Shown: positions 56,162-64,000 of the stretch, piece by piece
Numbering within the stretch: the first letter of the stretch is position 1
Layout: each line of letters begins with the position of its first letter
IMG/VR virus record: IMGVR_UViG_3300032268_001078
Coordinates: 64,001 to 128,000 of that record
Length of the DNA stretch: 64,000 bases
Origin: a virus
Reading direction: 5' to 3' (one strand)
Translations under genes and position numbers: made by a program
Notes under the pieces: model-generated
What the model was told of the DNA's origin: nothing
What the model saw: only the letters and a program-made list of their open reading frames with translations
The model's database searches: none

Positions 56162-57669
56162 TATAATATATAAATTTGATTAGGTAATGGAATATTTTTT
56201 GAGATTGTATTAGTAAATTCAACTTCAGCAGCTTGTCTTTCTAATTGTTTTTGTCTGCTTGTTTGATCTAAAAAATCTCTTAATTGTTCTAGTAATTTAT
56301 CTTTATCATTTTGTGATTGAGACATTAAATCTCCAGAACTCATTGCTCCTATTTTAGGAACATCAGCACTTGGAAATTTACCTCTAGAAAATCCTAAAGT
56401 TTCTTTAGCTAATGCTAAAGCATAACGCATAATCCAACTTCTTCCTACTGAATTAATTTCAGAGTATGTTGGATTCATATAAGGAACTCGAGTTACATCA
56501 GTAATTATAGGTCCAGTTGGTTTAGTGTTATTATTAAGATTTTGATTTTGATTTTCTATGTCTTTTTTATTAGCATATTCAATCCAATATTTTCCTGAAT
56601 GTTCAGGTCTTGGAAATATTGTTAAATTATTATTGTTTATACTAAAACTAAATCCACTACTTCTAACGTTTCTAGCCATTTCAATTTCTTGAATTCTTTG
56701 AACGTCAAAATACACAGGCCATACAATATAATTGTTTCCTGAGTAACCATTATAAATACCCCATCCATCTGGGTAAGCACTTACACCACCTAATCCAGGA
56801 AATGGATTGTTGTATTGGGCAATAGCAGGAAGAGCTTCATAAAACACACGAGTTACTACTACATCTTCTCCTTGAGCCATCCAATTATTAACAGTTGAAA
56901 TAGTTTTTAAATCATAAACTTGTTGACCATGAACTACATCAATACTTCCACTGTATGTAGGAATACTTTTAATAAATGCTTGATCTGCAAATTTATTAGA
57001 TATTTTAATTACACCTCCTAAAGTTCTGTCTACTACACGAGTATTCATTAAATTATCTGATTTATAAGGAATATAACTTGCAGAAACATTAGAATTTGAC
57101 AAATTACATCTATAATCAGTGATTATAACAATATTTTCTCCATCTTTATGTGTAAATCTTGCTAAACTATTTCCACACCCTCCGTCTAAACTTAAACCTT
57201 GTAAACTTCCAGAGTCAGCTAAAGCTAAAGCAGGAAAGTAAGGAGCTTTATTTACATAGAAAATACTACCAGAAGCAATTGCTTGGGTAAAATATGGATC
57301 ATTATTAAAATCTGCTGCTGTTGCTGTGTGAGATGGTCCAAAATTCAACAGAGTTTGTTTGTAAGTTACGTTGTAATCACAAAGAAACATATCAGTCGGC
57401 GATCCCTCAAGACTTAAGTAATTCTCGCGTATTTTATACAAATAAACTTCATTACCATAAGTTGTAACTGCTTCTTCATAAGCAGCGTATATTTGAAAAT
57501 CTACTAATTCAACATCAACTACACCATATCCTAAACGACGAGTTATATAAAAACATGCTTTTTGAGCGTCTGTTTGAAAAACAGGATCGTTGTCATAGTA
57601 CCCCCATGGAGTATTTCCTTTTACTGGAAGTAAGTCGGTTGTGGATAGGGCATAGTTGTAGTCACTCAT
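56161..57669 (-). CDS. gp13: Neck / head-tail adaptor protein (T4 gp13-like)
   Basis: RRLGY..VDVEL, AYEEAV..Y and W..RYALALAKETLG..RGKF. Confidence 0.75.
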   Translation of the reverse strand: MSDYNYALSTTDLLPVKGNTPWGYYDNDPVFQTDAQKACFYITRRLGYGVVDVELVDFQIYAAYEEAVTTYGNEVYLYKIRENYLSLEGSPTDMFLCDYNVTYKQTLLNFGPSHTATAADFNNDPYFTQAIASGSIFYVNKAPYFPALALADSGSLQGLSLDGGCGNSLARFTHKDGENIVIITDYRCNLSNSNVSASYIPYKSDNLMNTRVVDRTLGGVIKISNKFADQAFIKSIPTYSGSIDVVHGQQVYDLKTISTVNNWMAQGEDVVVTRVFYEALPAIAQYNNPFPGLGGVSAYPDGWGIYNGYSGNNYIVWPVYFDVQRIQEIEMARNVRSSGFSFSINNNNLTIFPRPEHSGKYWIEYANKKDIENQNQNLNNNTKPTGPIITDVTRVPYMNPTYSEINSVGRSWIMRYALALAKETLGFSRGKFPSADVPKIGAMSSGDLMSQSQNDKDKLLEQLRDFLDQTSRQKQLERQAAEVEFTNTISKNIPLPNQIYIL

Positions 57670-57692
57670 AGTCAGTAATAAATATTACTTAT

Positions 57693-58400
57693 TTAATCTC
57701 TTAATTGTTTGTAAATTTCAAGTATAGGTTCAACTATAGGATGTCTGTGGTTTGTTTTTAAATGAATACTTGCTACTCCTGAAACAGCTGTAACTGCTCT
57801 ACTCATAAAAAATAAACCACTGTCTTTCTTTTGTTTTAAATCAATTTGACCTGTATCACCAACAATAGCCATTTTACTACCTTCACATAAACGAGTTACT
57901 GCTAATTCCATTTGACCATCTGTAATATTTTGTGCTTCATCTAAAATAATAAAACTATTACTAAAGTTTCTACCTCTCATAAAGGCAAATGGAATAATTT
58001 CTATTCTACCTTCTGCAATTTCTTTATCAATTTTTTCTTTATTGTATAATCGATACATGTTATCATAAATAGGTGCAATAAATGGATCTAACTTATCTTT
58101 TAAGTTTCCAGGTAAGAATCCAATTTCTTCCTTCGCTGTTACTACAGGTCTTGCTACAATGATTTTTTCAACTTCTTTGTTAAACAATAAATCTAAAGCG
58201 GCTTGACATGCTACTAATGTTTTACCACTACCAGCTAATCCTGTCAATACTGTAATAGTATTGTCTAGAATCATTTGTTTAGCTTGTTTTTGCTCTGTGT
58301 TTAAAGAAATGTTAAATTTAATTGGGTTTTTTGGCTTGCGCTTCTCTTTGAAGTTGTGATTTGCTACCGCAGTCACTACTCTATCTACATTGTTATCCAT
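57693..58400 (-). CDS. phoH: PhoH-like ATPase
   Basis: GLAGSGKT, RP, GFLPG, AFMRGR.F, DEAQN and GD..QIDL. Confidence 0.93.
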   Translation of the reverse strand: MDNNVDRVVTAVANHNFKEKRKPKNPIKFNISLNTEQKQAKQMILDNTITVLTGLAGSGKTLVACQAALDLLFNKEVEKIIVARPVVTAKEEIGFLPGNLKDKLDPFIAPIYDNMYRLYNKEKIDKEIAEGRIEIIPFAFMRGRNFSNSFIILDEAQNITDGQMELAVTRLCEGSKMAIVGDTGQIDLKQKKDSGLFFMSRAVTAVSGVASIHLKTNHRHPIVEPILEIYKQLRD

Positions 58401-58429
58401 AACGTGTGTTGATAATAAATATAAATTTA

Positions 58430-58936
58430 TTACAACAGCTTGTTGGATTTTCGTCTATTTTCTGTAATTAGTAAAGGCTGAGTATTGGTATAATGAAAAG
58501 TTCCTTTTTTACTAAGAGGAATAATATGATCTATTTCCCAATAAGTTCCCCAATTGTCCCATGACATTTCTGAAGTAAATTGATTTTCTAAATGTTGTTT
58601 GTAAACTTGAATATCACAACCTAAGTACTCGTCTGTACTTCTGTCTTTTTCGTCTTTTAAGCTATTGTAAATTCTAGCTCTTAAAGCTTCTTTTAATTTT
58701 ACTTCAGGATTTTGTCTTCGTTTTCTAGCAGCCTCAGTAAGTTGTTGAGTTCTATGTTGTTTTTGTTTAGGAGATAAATTAGCTAATCTGTTTTTATGAT
58801 AATCTCCTGTATATTTTGACTTTTCTTTTTCCTTTCTGCAGGATTTACAACCACTCAACATACCACTTTTGTGATCTTTACTTTTATAATACTCAGTAAT
58901 AGATTTATCTACACCACAGATTGTGCATTTTATCAT
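58430..58936 (-). CDS. HNH-type (endonuclease VII-like) homing endonuclease with N-terminal Zn finger
   Basis: CTIC...CKSC; HLENQF..EMSWDNWG.YWEIDHIIP...HYTNTQPL...EN..K; paralogue of 38432..39031. Confidence 0.8.
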   Translation of the reverse strand: MIKCTICGVDKSITEYYKSKDHKSGMLSGCKSCRKEKEKSKYTGDYHKNRLANLSPKQKQHRTQQLTEAARKRRQNPEVKLKEALRARIYNSLKDEKDRSTDEYLGCDIQVYKQHLENQFTSEMSWDNWGTYWEIDHIIPLSKKGTFHYTNTQPLLITENRRKSNKLL

Positions 58937-58944
58937 ATGTTATA

Positions 58945-58978
58945 AATATAAAAAAAGGCTTGGCAAAAGCCAAGCCTC
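58945..58978 (-). terminator. Capsid-operon terminator whose stem also carries a TTGGCT-17-TATATT promoter overlapping the late motif
   Basis: Sense GAGGCTTGGCTTTTGCCAAGCCTTTTTTTATATTTAT. Confidence 0.75.
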
Positions 58979-59001
58979 TTTTAAATCAGGTTTAGGTTAG
59001 A

Positions 59002-60690
59002 TTAAACTACATCTAAATCCGCTACTAAGATTTTTCCGTAGTAATCAGGACGGATCATTTTCTTAGCGTATCTTGTCATTATCCCCTTGCGTGGAGTGAA
59101 GGTTTCAGGATCGTAGATAAGAGGAGTCATAATCAATGGAACATATGGAGCATAAACTGCACCAGTTTCCAAGAATTGACCACCTTTATAACCTAATAAA
59201 ATTGTGTTATCTTTGAAGTATGGGTTTTTGTAAACTTTGTAACGACCGTTGATAGCACCAATCTTTTGAACACCAAATGCATATTTCATTGTTTCAGCAT
59301 CAGTATTGTCAGCTGCAAATCCTGGAATTGATTCCAAAATAGTAGCTACTGCTGGAGAAATAACCATGAAATTAGCACCACCACGTAAAGTTCTTTGGTG
59401 GATGATGTTAGAGATTTTTTGCAATTTGATTCCTAAAGTTTGGAACCAAGACATTTGGTTGTAGTAAACACCAGCTGTGTTACTTACAAATGCGTTTTGA
59501 GCTGCGTTGATTTGGTTACCAACTTTTGCAGACCAAAATTCAGTTGTAGCTGCACCTTGCAACAACATACCTAAAATTTCAAGATCAATTTCCATTGAAA
59601 TTTGTTCAGACAACAATGAAGTTAATTCAGCTTCAGCATCCAAGTTTTGGTATGCGTTCAAGTCTTGAGCAAATTCAGGAGTCCATTGAGCTTTCATTTT
59701 ACGAGTTTCAGCAGTAATACTGTCAGAACGTAATTTGATGTTGATTTCAGGGAAAACAATACTTGTGTTTGATTGAGCATTAGGAAAAGCTAAACCACTA
59801 TTGCCATCTTCAAAATCACCAGCATTGAATGGGTTTACTGTAGTTTCTTTAAAGAAGTAAGCAATACCAGCAGTACCGGCAGAAGCAGTAGCAGCTACAC
59901 CAGTAGCAGAAGCAGTTACATACCAATAAACATTTCCGTCAGCTTTAATATTAGTTAATTCAGCCAATACAGTATTTGGAGTAGTTCCAGAACCACTGAT
60001 GTACCAAGCAGAAATTGCAGATAAATCAGCAATAACACCAGAACCAGTAAATGCACTTGAAGCAGAAACTTCAAAGATTTGACCAGCAGCTAAAGAAGCT
60101 GTATAACGAGCATCAAAATTTAATTTAGCGAAATCACCAACTGTAGTTTGAGATAAAGTTTTAGCTTTCAAAGTAACAGAAGCTGAAAATTCGTTACGAG
60201 TGTAACCATAACGACCTTGACCATAGTAACCACCTTCAGCTAAGTTACTGAAGTTACTGTTACCAAATCCAGGTGCTGGTGTACCATATAAAGAATCACC
60301 ACTAGAGAAAGGAGCTTTATTAGTTCCATATTGGAAATCCAAATAGAAGATAAGTCCTGAAGGCATAGACATAGGTTGTACGCTAACAAATTCTTTAGCT
60401 ACAACTTGACCAAAGATCTTACGAATCATTGGTAAAGCAACACCAGCCCATTGGTAACCGTTACCAACCTGGAAACCAGATGCTGGTGAACTTTGAGGGC
60501 CTGATGTATTAGTTTCAACGATAAGTTGTTTAGCTTGGTTTTCCAACAACATAGACATATTAGTCTTGTCATATCCACTCAAACCTTCCAACAAACCAGA
60601 TTTACCCCATTTGCCTGCTAAACGAGCTGCGTCGTTTTGCAAAGACTGCCATGGGTTAGCAGATTCGAGGAGTTGATTAATTGTACTCAT
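59002..60690 (-). CDS. gp23: Major capsid protein (T4 gp23-like)
   Basis: VQPMSMPSGLIFY, TRKMKAQWTPEFAQDLNAY, EIDLEI, YAPYVPL and P.KGIMTRY. Confidence 0.97.
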   Translation of the reverse strand: MSTINQLLESANPWQSLQNDAARLAGKWGKSGLLEGLSGYDKTNMSMLLENQAKQLIVETNTSGPQSSPASGFQVGNGYQWAGVALPMIRKIFGQVVAKEFVSVQPMSMPSGLIFYLDFQYGTNKAPFSSGDSLYGTPAPGFGNSNFSNLAEGGYYGQGRYGYTRNEFSASVTLKAKTLSQTTVGDFAKLNFDARYTASLAAGQIFEVSASSAFTGSGVIADLSAISAWYISGSGTTPNTVLAELTNIKADGNVYWYVTASATGVAATASAGTAGIAYFFKETTVNPFNAGDFEDGNSGLAFPNAQSNTSIVFPEINIKLRSDSITAETRKMKAQWTPEFAQDLNAYQNLDAEAELTSLLSEQISMEIDLEILGMLLQGAATTEFWSAKVGNQINAAQNAFVSNTAGVYYNQMSWFQTLGIKLQKISNIIHQRTLRGGANFMVISPAVATILESIPGFAADNTDAETMKYAFGVQKIGAINGRYKVYKNPYFKDNTILLGYKGGQFLETGAVYAPYVPLIMTPLIYDPETFTPRKGIMTRYAKKMIRPDYYGKILVADLDVV

Positions 60691-60717
60691 TTTATTTTTT
60701 TTTGTTTTGTTTTAAGT

Positions 60718-62100
60718 TTATTTAATTCCAGCTAGTTTTTGCATTCTTGAAATTTGATCATCAGCTTTAATAATTGGTTGGCTTGCTGGGCGACCACCGA
60801 TTACTTTACTAGCAAATGATGTTTTATTTTCTGTTAAAGCTTTTTTGTTAGATGATTTTTTGATAGTTGTTTTCAAAATTTCATAAACATTTTTAGCTTC
60901 GTTTAATGATGTAGCTTTATCAAAAGAACTAACTACATTTACTTTTTGACCTTCAGTTAAACTGTTTGCTTTGAAAATACGATTAACGTAAATCAATTTA
61001 GCGTTTAATAAATTAACTTCGTTTAATTGACCACGAAGAGTTCTGATGGTACGAATGGCTTCTTTCAATTCTTCTTCTTTAGATTCATCTACATCACCTT
61101 TCATCATTTTTTTCTTTTCCATCATAGCTTTGATTTTAGATTTCATAGCTTCTTTCATGTCATCTTCTTCTTCTTTAATTACTTTAGGTCCTTTATATTT
61201 ACCTTTCATAGTAATTGCAGCAAGATTCTTTTGAGGAGCTACTCCACCTGATGTTCCAGCTTTTTTAGCTTCGTCCATTTCTTTTGGTTCACCTTTGTAA
61301 CCTTTACGTTGTTTCATAGCTTCGTAAAGAGAATAAAGTTCTTCTAATTCTTCTTCTTCAGATTTTTTCTTTTTAGGTTTAGATTTAGATTTTTTGTCTT
61401 CTTCACCTTCTTCTTCACCTTCTTCTTCAGTTTCTTCACCTTCCATTTCACCACCTTCAGCGTCAAAGTTGAAATCCATGTTCATGTCTTCTTCACCTCC
61501 CATGTCTTCCATGCCTTCTTCACCACCTAAACCAGCAGCTTCAAGTTCAGCTCTGATGATTTTTTTAAGTTCATCAACTGTAACTTCACCAATTCCTTCA
61601 CTTCCTGAAGCAGCTTCATTTTCCATGTCGAACATTTCGTTCATCATGTCTTCTTCTTCATTTACTTCTTCACCTTCTTTTTCAAGTTCACGTAAGATTT
61701 CTTCAAGATCAAAGTTTTCTTCCATTCCTTCTTCTTCGGAAAGTTCAGAATCCATTTCATACACAGAACCATCACCATCCATGTCTTCTTCTTCAAGAGC
61801 ATTAAATAATTCTTCTAAGTCGATTTCTTCTTCAAGACTAGTGTTGTCATCAGGATCATAATCCATTCCTTCTTCTACTTCATTTTCTTCATTCATAGAA
61901 ATTAGATCTAAATTACGATCTGAATTGTAAATTTCTTCCATCTCATCTTTTTCATCATCTCTCATACGTTTTTCAAACATAGCTGAAATACGTGGTGCAA
62001 ATGATTCTTCAAGAGAGGCTTTTGCATTGGCAACGGCAGCTTCACGTAGAGCTTTAGCGTCAGCAATGGCTTCTTCGAATAATTTTTTGTTATTTGACAT
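60718..62100 (-). CDS. Prohead scaffolding / core protein
   Basis: Highly acidic middle; EAIADAK..RE.A..NAK..LEE; LNEVNLLNAKL.Y.N; C-terminal RMQKLAGIK; directly upstream of the capsid gene. Confidence 0.8.
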   Translation of the reverse strand: MSNNKKLFEEAIADAKALREAAVANAKASLEESFAPRISAMFEKRMRDDEKDEMEEIYNSDRNLDLISMNEENEVEEGMDYDPDDNTSLEEEIDLEELFNALEEEDMDGDGSVYEMDSELSEEEGMEENFDLEEILRELEKEGEEVNEEEDMMNEMFDMENEAASGSEGIGEVTVDELKKIIRAELEAAGLGGEEGMEDMGGEEDMNMDFNFDAEGGEMEGEETEEEGEEEGEEDKKSKSKPKKKKSEEEELEELYSLYEAMKQRKGYKGEPKEMDEAKKAGTSGGVAPQKNLAAITMKGKYKGPKVIKEEEDDMKEAMKSKIKAMMEKKKMMKGDVDESKEEELKEAIRTIRTLRGQLNEVNLLNAKLIYVNRIFKANSLTEGQKVNVVSSFDKATSLNEAKNVYEILKTTIKKSSNKKALTENKTSFASKVIGGRPASQPIIKADDQISRMQKLAGIK

Positions 62101-62116
62101 TTAATTTTTTTGTTTT

Positions 62117-62183
62117 CGCACTGTCTATTAAAGAGACAATATAAGTATTTTTGTAATGTGCGACAGGATATTAGAGATCCTGT
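62117..62183 (-). promoter_or_regulatory. Structured 5' leader of the scaffold-capsid mRNA
   Basis: Hairpins ACAGGAT-CTCTAAT-ATCCTGT and TGTCT-CTTTAAT-AGACA, the second enclosed by a CGCAC/GTGCG helix; two ATTTAT motifs just upstream. Confidence 0.55.
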
Positions 62184-62241
62184 ATGGATATTCATAAATA
62201 TGTATAAATACCCAAAAACATGCAACTATTATAAAAACTTT

Positions 62242-62874
62242 TTATCTTATACAACAAACTCCGGTTTGGCTACAAATAATATCTGTAACTAACGAATGGA
62301 TTTTATTGTAAGGATTAGTATTTGTATTATAATTATAATTTTTAGATTCATTTAATCCACCTACTGGTCTCATATAAGCACCATGTGTAGATGGCGTACT
62401 TACAAAATCCCAACAAACTAAATCAAAATCATCTTGTACTTCAACTGTGTTTTCATTCATGGGTGTTGTTGAACCCATTCCACGAGATGAAATACCTACT
62501 GTAATATTATTTAAAAATAAATGTTTTAAAATATTTCCTGAAGGAGTATCTAAAACTTCTATGCGACCAAATAAATCATCACCGTCCCACCATAATTTTT
62601 GAATATTATGACAAACATTTTTAAGATTAATTACTGATGATTCAGGATGATCTAATTCTCCTAATGCTCTATTTTGAGCAATAGGTCCTTGAATGTATTT
62701 TGCAACTTCTCTTTCTAGAATTCCTTTAGGGTAAATACGGCCATTTTCATTTTTAGCATTAGCCCGTTGTACAATACCTTCTACAATTAAATTTTTAGAA
62801 GGATTCATCCTTGCCTCATGTAAATTTTGGGCAATAGGTTTAAAAGGAATATATTCTATTAAAATTTGAGACAT
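62242..62874 (-). CDS. gp21: Prohead core protein protease (T4 gp21-like)
   Basis: NENGRIYP, GELDHP, GISSRGMGS and DFVSTPST. Confidence 0.95.
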   Translation of the reverse strand: MSQILIEYIPFKPIAQNLHEARMNPSKNLIVEGIVQRANAKNENGRIYPKGILEREVAKYIQGPIAQNRALGELDHPESSVINLKNVCHNIQKLWWDGDDLFGRIEVLDTPSGNILKHLFLNNITVGISSRGMGSTTPMNENTVEVQDDFDLVCWDFVSTPSTHGAYMRPVGGLNESKNYNYNTNTNPYNKIHSLVTDIICSQTGVCCIR

Positions 62875-63902
62875 TAAGGAACTTGTTTAAACTTATTTTG
62901 AAAGTCAGGATCTGCAGTGATTTTATCTCCAGGTTTAGCAGATATCATAGTATTTGGATCTTTTTTACTTTGATAAAGTATTTCTTTAATCATACCTTTA
63001 ATAGCTTTTACATTTTCAGGAGTTAAACGAATAGTTCTTGAATCTTGAACTTGAACACCTTCATTGTTTTGAATGCGTCTTTTATTAGCATCATTAGTTT
63101 TACCAACATTGATAATTGGTTCACCTTTTGCTTTTTTATCTGCTTGATATTTTTCCCAAGCTGCATCAACTTCTTTATCAGATGGTCTTTTTTTACCCAT
63201 TTCACTCATTGGGTTTTTTGGATTAGCTTGAGCATGAGCTGCAACAGCCATGTTTCTTTTTTCTTTATCTGTTTTTCCTTTAAATTGAGGAGCTTTAGAT
63301 TTTTCAAAATCACTAACGTACTTACTTATTGGAGCATTTTTACGAATTCTTTCTCCTAATGAAGTATCAGGACCACTAAAATTTTCTTTTAATGCTACTT
63401 TTTTTTCTTTACCGGGCATAGCCATTACTTTAGCACCTCTTGCTTTTTTAGGTGTTTGAGTCATACTAGCTACTTTTCCAGGGTTATTAGGATTTTTAAT
63501 TTTACTGTCTTTTTTAACATTTGCTTTAACATCCTTTTTAGCTACTTTCATTTCATTAGCTTTATCTTTAGTTAAAGTATCATCTTTAGGAGTTTTAACT
63601 TCAGCTTTAACAGCTTCAGCCGATTTAGCAGTGTTACGAGTACCTGGTTTTTTGCCTGATCCCCATTCTCCTACTAACTTTACAGAGTCAGCAGCTAAAC
63701 GATTAGTATAATAAGCTGGATCTGCTTTAAGGTTTTTAATTACTTTAGCTTGTGCTTTTTTAATATTTTCTGGATTTATTTCCCCACCCATTGTGGTTAA
63801 TTCATAATCCATTCCGCTGTCGAATTCATAGACATTTACACGGTCTATTTCTTTTTGTAACGGGTTTATATATTGGTCGAAGTATTGTTGGTTGACGCCC
63901 AT
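62874..63902 (-). CDS. Hypothetical head-module protein, Lys-rich, probably internal
   Basis: Coupled to gp21; KVIKNLKADPAYYT; L-K-E sites; SKAPQFKGK...R..MAVAA module. Confidence 0.55.
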   Translation of the reverse strand: MGVNQQYFDQYINPLQKEIDRVNVYEFDSGMDYELTTMGGEINPENIKKAQAKVIKNLKADPAYYTNRLAADSVKLVGEWGSGKKPGTRNTAKSAEAVKAEVKTPKDDTLTKDKANEMKVAKKDVKANVKKDSKIKNPNNPGKVASMTQTPKKARGAKVMAMPGKEKKVALKENFSGPDTSLGERIRKNAPISKYVSDFEKSKAPQFKGKTDKEKRNMAVAAHAQANPKNPMSEMGKKRPSDKEVDAAWEKYQADKKAKGEPIINVGKTNDANKRRIQNNEGVQVQDSRTIRLTPENVKAIKGMIKEILYQSKKDPNTMISAKPGDKITADPDFQNKFKQVP

Positions 63903-63917
63903 GGTGATAAATATGTA

Positions 63918-64000
63918 TTATCCTTGTCCTATAGAAATTTTTTTATAATTTTTTGAACCTTTATTTTTAGACATTTTTGTTTTGGCATGAATACCTTTAC
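63918..64000 (-). CDS. 3' end of a small basic protein (5'-truncated by the window edge)
   Basis: Manual translation ...KGIHAKTKMSKNKGSKNYKKISIGQG followed by a stop. Confidence 0.6.
   Translation of the reverse strand, partial: KGIHAKTKMSKNKGSKNYKKISIGQG

Noticed and set aside
62101-62241. Leader as a preQ1 riboswitch or tRNA
   Set aside because: It lacks the preQ1-I stem with an A-rich pseudoknot tail and has no cloverleaf or T-loop consensus; it also precedes capsid genes rather than que genes.
105-63359. Roughly 35 plus-strand ORFs, plus several short overlapping minus-strand ORFs, in the track (for example 105..329, 724..969, 45997..46341, 61394..61861, 5129..5341, 25700..25897, 37447..37638, 61962..62225, 63023..63205)
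   Set aside because: They lie inside strongly supported minus-strand genes, have compositions typical of antisense or alternate-frame shadows, and lack motifs and promoters.
1-64000. Alternative genetic code (stop-codon reassignment)
   Set aside because: Conserved genes translate full-length under the standard code, and TAA, TGA (10097) and TAG (37677) all serve as apparent stops.

Overview
The whole window is a segment of a large, AT-rich, T4-like (contractile-tailed) phage genome. Every credible gene is on the minus strand. Read right to left, it holds: the head module (internal protein, gp21 protease, scaffold, gp23 capsid), PhoH, neck gp13/14/15, four large fibre or virion proteins, tail sheath and tube, a tail chaperone with a probable frameshift, tape measure and baseplate genes. 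Next is a replication block (short family-A polymerase, gp32 SSB, RecA/UvsX, 5'-3' exonuclease, gp41 helicase, class II RNR). This is followed by a ~10 kb nucleotide and base-modification block (TGT/DpdA-like enzyme, QueC, HPRT, phosphoesterase, GT2, ThyX, QueD, thioredoxin, QueE, hotdog thioesterase, FolE, dCTP deaminase), then an adhesin-like repeat protein, a family-B DNA polymerase with altered active-site motifs and a partial sliding clamp. Four free-standing homing endonucleases are present. The most notable signals are: (1) a complete 7-deazaguanine (preQ0) DNA-modification pathway carrying extra, unexplained enzymes, in a phage with two atypical polymerases; (2) a two-class promoter grammar, including hairpins that appear to act as both terminator and -35 box; (3) a U7 +1/-2 frameshift in the tail chaperone; (4) a scaffold C-terminal peptide reused at the N-terminus of a candidate packaged protein; (5) a structured leader RNA before the scaffold-capsid operon. 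All functional calls come from motif recognition by eye; no database searches were run. No tRNAs, CRISPR arrays or reverse transcriptase were seen.
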